Origin: Trichosphaerium sp. ATCC 40318
Lineage: Eukaryota > Protista > Tubulinea
Length of the DNA: 64,000 nucleotides
Direction of reading: 5' to 3'
NCBI GenBank assembly: GCA_038496445.1
Contig: JALMLS010000056.1
Location: 341,243-405,242 of the forward strand
Below the pieces are notes generated by a model that saw nothing but the letters and a program-made list of their open reading frames with translations, was not told the origin of the DNA and made no database searches. Positions 12,510 through 22,960 of the stretch are shown here, piece after piece. Made by a program: the position numbers and the translations under genes. How positions within the stretch are numbered: the stretch's first letter is position 1; each line of letters begins with the position of its first letter.

Positions 12510-13145
12510 CAGTACTTGCAAAGTGCTTTTTCTGCTAAAAAATATTACCATACGCAAGCGGGATTTTAAAAGCACTTCAAAAGCACTTTGGAAGCACTTT
12601 AAAAGCGCTTACAAAGTACTTTGCAATCACGAAGAAAAACATTTTGGTTGTGAGAGAAAAAGTTTGTCGGAGCGGAAAAAACCCAGCGAAGCAGATTTTT
12701 AAAAGCACTTTAAAAGCACTTTAAAAGCGCTTACAAAGTACTTTGCAATCACAAAGAAAAAACATTTTGGTTGTGAGAGAAAAAGTTTGTCGGAGCGGAA
12801 AAAACCCAGCGAAGCAGATTTTTAAAAGCACCGTAAAAGTGCTTTTGAAGCGCTTTAGAAGTACTTATAAAGTACTTTGCAATCACAAAGAAAAACATTT
12901 TGGTTGTGGGAGAAAAAGTTTGTCGGAGCGAAAAAAAAGTGCTTTTATTGTACTTTATCACCACTTCCGAAGTGCTTTGTAACCACTTTGAAAGTAGTTT
13001 TAGCGAAGAAAAACAATAAAAGTGCTTTGCAAGTGCTTGTGAAGTACAAAGAAAGTGCTTTACCGCTGAAGTGCTTTTTATTGTTTGTCGCCAACTCTGT
13101 AGTTTTAGCACGTACACCATACCTTGCAAGCGCTTTTAAGAACTT
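12510..13145. repeat. Hierarchical tandem array: runs of 11-bp AAAGYRCTTT-type units alternating with three copies of an about 78-bp block
   Basis: Block GCAATCAC(A/G)AAGAAAAACATTTTGGTTGTGAGAGAAAAAGTTTGTCGGAGCG... starts at 12623, 12745 and 12879 (third copy truncated); preceded by 5, 4 and 5 units of 11 bp; further phased units run to about 13140. Confidence 0.95.
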
Positions 13146-13276
13146 CACGGAAATAGCTATCTACAGCACACATAAAGCATATATTACATACTGTGATCGA
13201 GAAGCTCTTTGCAAATGAAATGTCTTAGCGAAAGTGTTGTTGACGGATTTTTGTTACAACAATACAATTTGTTTAT

Positions 13277-14378
13277 TCAACCAAAAAATCTGGCATACAG
13301 GTAGTTAAGTGGCGAGGTAAGCTGTTGTTCGTCTTCTACTGCAGTAGTATTTGGTGTATCTGGTATTTCTTCCATACTCTCACTACGTGGGCTACCTTGT
13401 GGAATGAATAGAGAATGTTCTGACATTTCATCAGTATTTAGCGTGCTTGCATCTCTTGCTGTTTCAACGCTGTTGTTTCTACGTGAAAGAACTTCCTTCA
13501 GCTCCTCCACAAAAGATTCTATAGTTTCCTCCACAACAGGCAAGGTGTCATCCATCACCTCCTCTACAACTGATGCGCTATCAGTGGAATCCGTCAACTC
13601 CTCAACAACTTGTGTGTTATCAACAGAATCCTTTACCTCTCTGAGTGGCTCAAAATCAACAGAATCGCCCGACTCATTTGTAGCTGGTGAGTGTGCTTCA
13701 GCATCATCAGAATGCATCGAGTCCACTCGTTCAAGGAGGTTATCCAAAGAGTTTATTAGTTTTTCTGACGCTAAAAACAAAATAAATAATACTGTCAGTA
13801 AACGTTGTGATTTTCTTACGTGTGCTTGGAATAGGCTGTCTTCGGATACTTGAAGCACCGCTGATAAAGCCATCTCGAGTGTTGATTAGCTCTCTAACAC
13901 CATCTCCCTCGTGAGTAGCATAGTCAGATGCATGGCTTTGAACATGCCAGTTGATGTCTTGTAAGGTGATGTTGGTAAGCGGTTCTCCGTTGATAGTGTA
14001 CCCTTCCTCTAGTATAGTGTAGAGCTTTTCTTGTTCCCACATAGACGCTCTAGCTTTGAACCAAGCACTTAACCTTTCCCGATCAATAGTGGCGCCAAAA
14101 ATGTGCTGAACTACAATCGCAATGGCTGACCAATAATACAAGCAATCGTCCAGGTCGTAGTTTTGTAACGCAAAAAACGTAAACTCCCACAGCGTTTGTG
14201 TCATTTCACTAATAGCGGGCAGGTTTCGCAACAACAAGTGCTTGCGATTCGAGTGTACATCTATCCATGCTATTTGTTCTGTCACATAACGAAGTAGTAG
14301 TGGCGGATAAGGCTCGTGTATGTTCAAACCAATGAATGTCAGTCCGATACGACACTCGAAGGTTAGACTAGGCTCCAT
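13277..14378 (-). CDS. Transposon accessory gene D, about 350 aa, helical N-terminal domain + acidic tail, 1 intron
   Basis: ORFs 13740-14378 and 13277-13873 join in frame (PIPST-P-SEKLINS) across intron GTAAGA...CTGAC...TTTTAG. Confidence 0.72.
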
Positions 14379-14431
14379 TTGTGTGTCAAAGCAAGTATTT
14401 TAGGGAAAAAAAGCTTTATTATTTATTAGCA

Positions 14432-16403
14432 ATGGAACGCACTCCACCACGCATTCCAGATGAGGTACTATTGCTGCGTTGGTGCAACTAACAATACTAG
14501 GAACCCAAGTTTTTAAACGTTCTTAGGCGTACACCAACACGCGTCAAGGGTAGCTCGCAAGCAAAACAGAGGACAAACAAGCTCATAGACCTATTCACAG
14601 TAACTCAAAAAAATTTATAATATCATCTTTACCCTACTAGGCGTCACACTCCTTGATGCCTTGTTCGGAAGTGCCCAGAGGAGCTTTTGTCATGTTTTTG
14701 GACAATGAGGACCTTTTTTATGGCTATGCATTCTTTTTTCGAAATTACTTGTACACTGTTTGTTTCCTTGACAACGGTGTGATCCAAAAAGCAGTGCCCT
14801 TACAAGTAAGTTGATAACCAACAACAATACGCTCACTAGTTTATAGATAGCGGTGTGTGTGTGCTTAGAATACCCTGTTATGACAATGCCAATGAATGCA
14901 TGCTTTGAGCATTTTTCTACTATTGTTGAGCCCGAGTACACAGATTACCCAATCCCAAAGATACCTAAAGCCACGCTAGCCATGGTTTATAAGGTATTGC
15001 TACAAGTGAACAGCCAAGGGTTAAGTTATACACGTATGTTGCACTTACTTGCGTTCAGAAGCCCAGAAGATGTTAACAACTTGCTCAGTACGTACTTATA
15101 GCTCACTTACACTCACATCTTCTAGGTTCCGAAAACATACCGTTGTGTAACCCACCAACAGAATCGCATTCAAAGGCAACAAGCTTTGTAAGGGAAAAAC
15201 ACAGCAATCGTACACAACGTGAACAACCACGAAAAAAGAAAAACCAAACATCAACAGCAGAAAAACGGCGTTTACGCAGAAATGAGCCTAAGGAGCCATC
15301 AAGTGACGAAAGCACAAACGACAATGCTACTTATTACCCTAACAGTGTCGATACAAGCAGTACGTTACTATTCTCCTTCATTCCGCTAAGCAGCTAAGGT
15401 GATGACTGCAGTGTATCATTTGATGAAGAGACTGACAGCGAGGGGTCAACCGATCCAATAGAGCCACGTGCGTTCATTCATCTATTATTTTTATAACGTT
15501 GCTTTAGGCAAGTGGAACAATGAGAGTATTATTAGTTATGCAAGTGCAATTCGCTTGTTGAGGCGTGTGTGTGTTGCTGGTACTGATAGTGATGAAGCAG
15601 CACGTGTGCGAAGGATGATACAACAAGAACGTAATGCCAGAAAGAAACTCACAGCCGAAGAGTTAGTAGAGTGTTATAAGTCTGATGAAACTGATGTCAA
15701 AAAGTACGTGCTACTTGTCTCCTGTAGTACCATTAATCATTCAAAGGGTGGTCAGGGAGTGCTTTAAGCAAAGGCGAGCTCATACAAAGAAGCGCACACA
15801 ACGTTCAAGGGCAAAAAAAACTCGTAGAAGGTAAAATTTTAATATCTAGTGAAGGGCTAACACTTATGAAGAAGCAGAGTAACGACACGCCAAAAGCAAC
15901 AGCCTGTGACTTCACAATTGCCTGAGATACATGACTTTAGCAATCCAAAGTTTGGTAGGCAAGTTTCTTATGGGGCAATGGTTAGCCAACAAGCCTTACA
16001 TCCAGAAATACGCATGGATGTAAGGTGCAGGGGCTCTAGTCACAACCTTAGTCCAGCATCCTCGTCTAGTAGCAATAATTTGATGGTACCTGCTAACACA
16101 CCGTCACCGTACTTCGACCCTTATGCCCCTGCAAACGATGAGTCCTCGTATCCAAATAATAGTGCCATGGCGCCTATAAATCCTGGTACTTATGCTCCTG
16201 TAGCTCATAGTACACCTGCACTGACTGAACCATCTAATAATAACCGTGAACCTATTACAAACGCTGGTCCTACACACAGTACACCAGAACAACTCAAGAT
16301 TACAAACAGGAAACTAAATTTTAGTACTACTGGCAAAAAGGTATGGACAGCAGATAACAAAAAGGGGAATGTAGCAGCTTTGCGTGATCGCTTCAATAAA
16401 TAA
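14432..16403 (+). CDS. Transposon accessory gene E, multi-intron, unknown function (basic and acidic tracts, possible helical DNA-binding domain)
   Basis: MERTPPRIPDE start; successive exons splice in frame via GT-AG introns; segment GKWNNESIISYASAIRLL...VVRECFKQRRAHTKKR; ends AALRDRFNK* next to the right subterminal region. Confidence 0.65.
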
Positions 16404-16443
16404 TAATCATTACTCGTGAAATCTCGGATTTATTCGTTTTTCG

Positions 16444-16497
16444 TACGAAAACTCTCGAAAAATTTCGTAAAAAAAAGAAACCAACCCGTGCATGTCC
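16444..16497 (-). repeat. Right terminal inverted repeat
   Basis: Reverse complement reads GGACATGCACGGGTTGGTTTCTTTTTTTTACGAAATTTTTCGAGAGTTTTCGTA; followed on + by AAA (16498-16500). Confidence 0.93.
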
Positions 16498-17729
16498 AAA
16501 CAAAGTCAGCCAAAATGGCTCAAATGACTTTTTTTTCACGCGCATCACCAGATTTTTCCTTCATTTTTAAATCCCTTGCCGTTGGTAGTGTCTTCAAAGC
16601 TACCTAATACAGTCTTGCTGTTAAGACGTTTAGTAGTCATAATAGGTTTGGTAGTTGATGCACATGCACATGGAATAAAGTTGATAAGCCAAGCCGTATG
16701 TCAAAAAAAGGTTGCTCTGAGCCACTAGAAAACAATCACTACGGATCGTCTTGCGAGTGCTTGAAAGCAGAGCACAAGATTTTGTGAATGTATGCTTTAT
16801 CAAATATCTCCATTGGGACGATTTTTGTATGCAGTTCACACCTCTCATATTAATGATTTTGCGTATGTGAAGGTACTCCTAGAATGGCTAGCTCCATTGT
16901 TAAGATCTAAGTGTAAAATAAATTATTTACTATTTTACGAGTTTTTTTGTGGTTTTTGTTTTGACTTAACTAAAAAAGCACCAACTGAGCTTCACTGACC
17001 ACAAACAGATGATTCAAGGCTTGTGTCACCATATAAAGTGCTTGAAATGCAATTCACGGGTTATTGGCAAAAACAGAGCATATGCTACCAAAATACGAGG
17101 GCGTTTCTATAAAGTACCTGCAAATGACGTTTATCGCACGGAAAACGCTGAAAACGTTAGTTTGAGGCATAAAGAATGAAAGAAAAGCGAGTTCCCAAAA
17201 TTAACAATTACACAAGCTTTGACAAGCGTTTAAATTACAGAAGTGTCACCTAATGCTATTTGTCATGTATTGAGATTAGTTTTAAGCTTGTCGAGCCTTG
17301 TGTAATTGATAAATTCCAATATTCTGCACTAGTGGACACTAAGCGATTTTTGGAATTAAATACCTCAAGAGCTAATTGACCATCCCACACTTTTCATAGT
17401 GATAGTCAATATGTGTGGTATTACACAGTGTAATTTATAGCAATAGTTGATGGAGTGTAGTGACACAGTTTCTTTGAACCTGTTTTTGGTAAATCCTGAA
17501 GTATCTCCATTCGAAAACTAAGTTCTGTCTCTAAAACCCCTATAATGGTAAATCATAATTACATCAAGCTTTGTGGCTATCTGGTGCAATAAAGTACCCA
17601 AGCAAGAGTGAGTTTTTTGACATTTTCATGTAAATATTATGTTCAACAACTTCTTTGAAAAAGAAACCTCTGTATTTTGATACCAAAATTATCAAATACG
17701 CTATAACTGTGCATAAGTGCATCATGATT

Positions 17730-17980
17730 TATTGAGCACCTGACACCAAAAGGAAACATTTGAAAAAGGTTTTTGTGGGTTAGAATGATTGTTCAAAAGA
17801 ACCACCAATTGACAACAATCAGGTATAGAGACAGGTGACGATAGCTTTATGTGGTACACTGAAAGTGATAAAAAATGCATTAAACGAAAGAATGTAATCC
17901 TTACTCATCATAATGTAAAAGACTTACCTGCAAAACATGGTGGTGGTAGAGGATAAGAATATGATCCCAAGCAGAAATAA
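17730..17980 (+). pseudogene. Possible Tc1/mariner transposase relic
   Basis: EHLTPKGNI*KRFLWVRM then, after a frameshift, IETGDDSFMWY, echoing LT..NK..RL.W and TGDE motifs; heavily degraded. Confidence 0.3.
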
Positions 17981-18442
17981 CTCAGTTTTAGTTTCAATGA
18001 AATAGTTGATTGAAGCACACTATTAATTACCAGCAAGTTCTGGTTAATAAATATTATAGACACATATGCGTTCTGAAGTATACTCAAAAATTGGACATAA
18101 ATAACGTTTTTGAGGTGTCCTAGAATTTTCTTGAAAGTGTGAACTGCTTACAAAAATCGTCCCTTATAATTTCTGTAAGGTACCAATCGAACGCGATGCT
18201 CTTTCGTCACGGCTTTCGTCTATCGAGTGCAGTGTGTTCTAAAAAAAGTTGTCAAAACAAATCATACTGGTTCTGCAGTATTTTGTTACGCTGTCTATTG
18301 GAATGAGAGGTAGGAAATGCTTGCTTGTGCTCGGTATTTGTTACGTTATTACGTTGTATGCGGTGTAAAGTGTTGAATTCGTTCCAGCTCCCTTTTGGGA
18401 AATGAAGCACAAAGAAGTAGAAAAAAGACAATTTTTTTCAAA

Positions 18443-18963
18443 TTATTTTATTACAACATTGGTAATATTGTCTTCTTTTAGTCTAGCAGCAAATTTTTTG
18501 TTGTAGTATTCTTCCCTCTCCAGGAAATGTTTGTGGTCGTACAGAACCTTGTACACTTGACGCATTCTTGTCTTGAGTTCTTCAGCTGATGATGGGTTCT
18601 TCAAGCCGGGTATTTTAGACAACGCGGCAAAGTAGTCATAACGAGGCCTTTGTGTTATTGTTAACCAACATTTTAAAAAAAAACGGACTCATTTTTATAT
18701 GCTTCAAATCTGACGTACTCTCCTTTCTTTAGAGGTGTAATTCTTGGCATTCGAGGAGGTTTAGCACAGAAGTGTTTGTGAAACTTCCAATGCTCTTTTT
18801 GGCAATCAGTATTACAATAACGCTCTAATTTGCATTTTGAACACCTCAACAGTTTTTTATCGCCTGTCGAAGGTTGTTTGCCACAGGTGGCGCAACTGTA
18901 CCTTCGGATATCGTTTTGGTGTATGTAATCATCGTTTACTCCAGTGAGACTTTGCCTAGCCAT
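18443..18963 (-). CDS. Small MYND zinc finger protein, 1 intron
   Basis: CATCGK...LLRCSKCKLERYCNTDCQKEHWKFHKHFC; second exon PRYDYF...NVVIK*. Confidence 0.9.
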
Positions 18964-19506
18964 TACAAGAGTAGTTTATAGATTGGCACGTCAGAATAAA
19001 TAAAGAATGAAGATAGTCCGATCTTGACTGCAGCCACGTTTGACTAGTTTTTGCAAAATGTTCTACAAAGGTAATTTAAAACAATTGGAACTATAGTTTA
19101 CAAGTATTGAAATCTACCAAAGCAACATGTTGAATTTCTTCAATACTGAGCAACCTTCACAAAGATGCCTGTCTACTACATTGGTTCCATATCTTTGAAG
19201 AACTTTTTCAGGTACTCGAGCTGGCAAGTAAAGTATGCTATGAAGGGTTTGGACTTGTATAGGATGTGCAGCTTTACAGCCGTGCCAAAAGCAGTCAAGA
19301 CCACTTCCTTACACCTGAACGTCGTATATTCATGAACTATCTTGCAACGCTTGCAGTTTCTAAATAAAGAGTACGATACTCCGTTTCACAAAACAATCCA
19401 GCAAAATAATACTATTGTTAACTGAAACTGCAAAAAAAAAGTAGTTTGACTTTTTCGCCTAATTTCGCGTAAAAAACTACAAACAAAACATTGATCTCAA
19501 GCTAAC

Positions 19507-20214
19507 ATGACATCACACCAGAGCGAAAGAATCAATATTAGTTCTATACCAACGGATATGTTAGCTGTGATACTAGGTTTTTTAAAGAAAACAAGGTTTG
19601 CTGCGGCTCAGACATGTAAATCGTTTTCTCAAGTGATACATAATCGAATTGGCTATGTAAAGGTAACTGTCAACTCACGCGAAGATGTGCAGAGAATATC
19701 CAAGTGTCCAGGCATCATACACAACACGTATATTTCTACAAAAGGATACAAGACAATTACAGATGATGAATTAGCCCTGCTACGATTTGTGAAGGACATA
19801 AACTTATGTGGTTGTAAGAACATCACAAGTAAAGGAGTACAAGCTCTTTCAAATGTAAAAAAGATAAACCTGAGCGGATGTTATCAACTGACAGATGACT
19901 GCTTAGCCAAAATGAAAGGTGTCTACTACATAAACCTATGCGGCTGTTCAAAACTAACGGATGATGCTCTCGTTCCTTTAGCTGGCGCTCATGTAATTAA
20001 TCTGGGCTGGTGCCTGAGATTGACGGACGAAGGGCTTGCCGCTATTGGGAAAGATGTTCATACCATAAACTTATCTTATTGTAAAAACATAACTGATAAT
20101 GGACTCAAATCTTTGGTTAAAGCATCTCATATAACACTATTCGGGTGCCCACGTATAACCGAGGAAGGTTTATCTCACCTCCCTAACGTGGATACAGTGC
20201 TGTGTGCCCTGTAG
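19507..20214 (+). CDS. Intronless F-box/LRR (cysteine-containing) protein
   Basis: ISSIPTDMLAVILGFL...AQTCKSF F-box; repeats INLxGCxxLTDxxL. Confidence 0.9.
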   Translation: MTSHQSERINISSIPTDMLAVILGFLKKTRFAAAQTCKSFSQVIHNRIGYVKVTVNSREDVQRISKCPGIIHNTYISTKGYKTITDDELALLRFVKDINLCGCKNITSKGVQALSNVKKINLSGCYQLTDDCLAKMKGVYYINLCGCSKLTDDALVPLAGAHVINLGWCLRLTDEGLAAIGKDVHTINLSYCKNITDNGLKSLVKASHITLFGCPRITEEGLSHLPNVDTVLCAL

Positions 20215-20464
20215 TCGAACAAGCCTGTAACAACTTTACATTGTTTTTGCGTCAAATTCCATAACAAGAAATCTCATGCAATAAAATGTTATTAATACAA
20301 TAAAATTGAAGGTGTTTTCTCTTTCATCTACATTGCATTGGTCTGTAACAAGAAATAAAAGTAAAAACAGTGTCGTCCGCAAATGATGCACAAAGACAAT
20401 GCATACTTGAGGAAACTCTTTGCTTGGCTGGTTGGTTTAATAGCGATAAACAAACTCTCACAGT

Positions 20465-21011
20465 TCATTCAGTATTTGCTACAAGTCTTGCTTTTTGAGC
20501 AAATCCACCCTACAAAGTTATCAAATACAGTACTTAATAACCAGTGCAGTCTATTGCATGAAATGTCCAGTAAACTATATTTGTTACCTTTGGAGGAGGA
20601 GAAAACGTGTACGTCATCTCTAGAGGATCTGCTTTACTTAGATTAACTATCTTATGCTTGACATTTCTGGGCATAAATAGTGTGGAACCTGTTGTGACCT
20701 GTTTGGAGTTAGTTTACAATTTCGGTTTAGTGGTAACCTCTTGTGCATCCTTGTCCTCTATAAATACGTTTGCTCTCCCTTTTTTTATAACAATAAGCTC
20801 TTCAGAGTCTGTATGGGAGTGCCATGGAATATGTGAGCCTGCATCTACTATTTCAACACCGTGCTCCATTGTTTTAGATTCAACTAGCGGAAATATTCTT
20901 CTTGAGGGGCCTTTCAGGACAATCAATCCAATATTGCTTATTTATGGTCAAATGCGATTGCGTACCAGGTAATTCTATAGGATTGACATTGGCTAAGCTG
21001 TGTGCTATCAT
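20465..21011 (-). CDS. Small cupin (Cupin_2-type) protein, with introns
   Basis: GSHIPWHSHTDSEELIVIKKGRA (motif 1) and GSTLFMPRNVKHKI (motif 2). Confidence 0.85.
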
Positions 21012-21245
21012 GTTCGTATTTTGTTTTGATTGTATTCGCGTGTAAACTAGTTTTTCTATATTAGTAAGGCTTTGCCCACCAAATTCGCTAACAGCTTTTT
21101 GGATGTGTAGAAAACTTAATGCTATTCACAGAAACTAATAAGCGTACATCTGTAACGTTTAGAATAGTCTGCTGTTTCGTTATTAAACCAGTAAAAAGGT
21201 GTAATACAAGGAGCGGTTTTTGAAGTTGTTTTATTAAGTACTCCG

Positions 21246-22867
21246 TTATAAGCAGCCTTGGAAAAATTCATTTACGTTGGCTGTACCCAACTCGCTATTG
21301 ACACTACGCTCTAGGAAAGCTGATACAGCTTGCCTTTGAATAGCATGATTGCTATACTCCTTGATGATCTCAATCAGCTTGTCAGCAAGTGCTTCAAGTT
21401 TTGATTTATCAATATTTTTAACAAAATAGTTCTCGGACTTAAGTGCCTTTGCACTGCACAGTTTGCTCTCGCTCAACTAGTCTTGTGAGTGCCATGTAAA
21501 GGATATATTTGTACGTACCTTTCCAAATAGTGGGACATAGTACAACTCAGAAATTTCCTTCAAGATATTTTGTTGTACTGCTTGGCTTTTCATGCTTGCA
21601 AATTTCGTAGCGAAGATTTCAAAATATGTCTTGAGTACTATTGCAGTTTGCACAGTAGTATATTTTTTTTCGACAGGTAGTTCTGTACGACCTAGTTTCA
21701 GTCTTAAATCACCCTAGCAGTGTAAATGTGAGTATTCTTTCAGGTAATTGTTAAAATTCTAACCTCGTCGCTATTACTCCAAACGTTGACTGATATACTT
21801 GGTCCAGCTGCTATAACGCGGTGAAACCAAAATGGTGGAATGTAGAGAACTTCAGAAGGTCGTAGTACAGCATCATAACATGTGACATTCTTAAAATTTG
21901 GAAATTTATCTGGTATTTGTTATTAGATTTTTTTTAATTACTTTTTTTCTATTACGTACCACTGTCTACTTTCTCGAAATCGACCTGTGATTGTCTTTGC
22001 ATTGGGTGCAAATAAGAGTGAGGGTATAACTTGGTGTAGGTTTTTGGTGGACAAAGAACAAATCTCTAAGAGTAGCGTTAAAAAAAAATACATAAATAAA
22101 AAAAGTAAAGTGATAAGGTACTTGCTTTGCGTCCGTAGAGTTGTGTGTAAAAGTTATGATTTTCATCGTAATGAGTGTGTGTAGTTATATTATGTCCACC
22201 CATCCATAAAAATGCCTCAGAAGATTTATCCAAGCGCCACATGTCAGTACGTAAATCTAAAAATAGTAAGTTACTTTTTTGGATTTTTGGATTTTATTTG
22301 TTTTACCCTTTAAAAGTTCAGGCGTTTCGTCGATGTAAACAGACGCGTATAGATAACCCTTAGCGTCACTAAGTGTTTTATTCCAAAACTTGTCAACTGT
22401 AAGATCGAGGTCCTGCCCTTTTTCCGGTTCTGCAACTGATCCCATCTAAAAGCTGATCAACACTTGCCGTGGCGTTAATACTCGTGTACCTCCTTGGTTT
22501 TGTCGTAGTAGCGAAAGATATTGCTCGTTTTTTGAAACTTGGCTGAAAATGTTTGGCGCCCTACATATTATCAATTGGTGGCATTTGTGAGCGTAGAGGT
22601 TAACGTACCGAGAAGTTTCTTCATGTACGGTGGGTTCCATAATGCTAAAGCTGGCCAATCATCTATGGCGTTCATAATGATCATTGGGCGCTTTTCTTCG
22701 ATGATACGAGCCCGTGTTATGCGGTCAAAATTTTTTGTTATTGGTGCGCCCATGAACTGATGCTGAGGGATATACGATGGCTGCCCGATACCGCTGTGGT
22801 TTTGGACATAATACACAACGAAACCAACTATTGTAGCAAGAATCAAGAACGCCAAAGCTTCTTTCAT
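21246..22867 (-). CDS. JmjC/Cupin_8-type 2-oxoglutarate oxygenase with N-terminal signal anchor, multi-intron
   Basis: Hydrophobic N-terminus; RPMIIMNAIDDWPALALWNPPYM; FPNFKNVTCYDAVLRPSEVLYIPPFWFHRV...SISVNVW. Confidence 0.85.
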
Positions 22868-22960
22868 TGTTATGGTACAGTTTCCCGATTTTTACAATCC
22901 AAAAAGCTGTTTGAGACCAGACTTGACATTTGGTGACGTCAACATTAAACTGAGAATGCA

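Larger units (their letters stand above)
9180..16497. mobile_element. 7,318-bp PIF/Harbinger(IS5-like)-type DNA transposon with five genes and an internal repeat array
   Basis: Inverted termini (48/54 identical, first 15 bp perfect), AAA on both flanks, DDE_Tnp_4-type transposase inside; the outermost stop codons lie just inside the subterminal regions. Confidence 0.92.

Noticed and set aside
12560-12935. CRISPR-like array (constant block with variable spacers)
   Set aside because: The spacers are themselves runs of one 11-bp motif rather than unique sequences, the repeat is too long, and no cas-like gene is visible.
12118-13218. ORFs 12118-12702, 12743-12982, 12749-13129, 12877-13218 and 12945-13148
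   Set aside because: They are translations of the repeat array or antisense shadows of gene C; repetitive peptides appear in several frames.
9180-16497. Fanzor/TnpB RNA-guided nuclease cargo
   Set aside because: I see no RuvC D-E-D motifs or CxxC...CxxC zinc ribbon in the spliced cargo proteins; only a structure search could fully exclude it.
9170-16680. 11-bp direct repeat ATGGAATAAAG (9170-9180 and 16670-16680) as an alternative long TSD
   Set aside because: The ends it would define are not inverted repeats; the 54-bp TIR pair with AAA flanks is far stronger.
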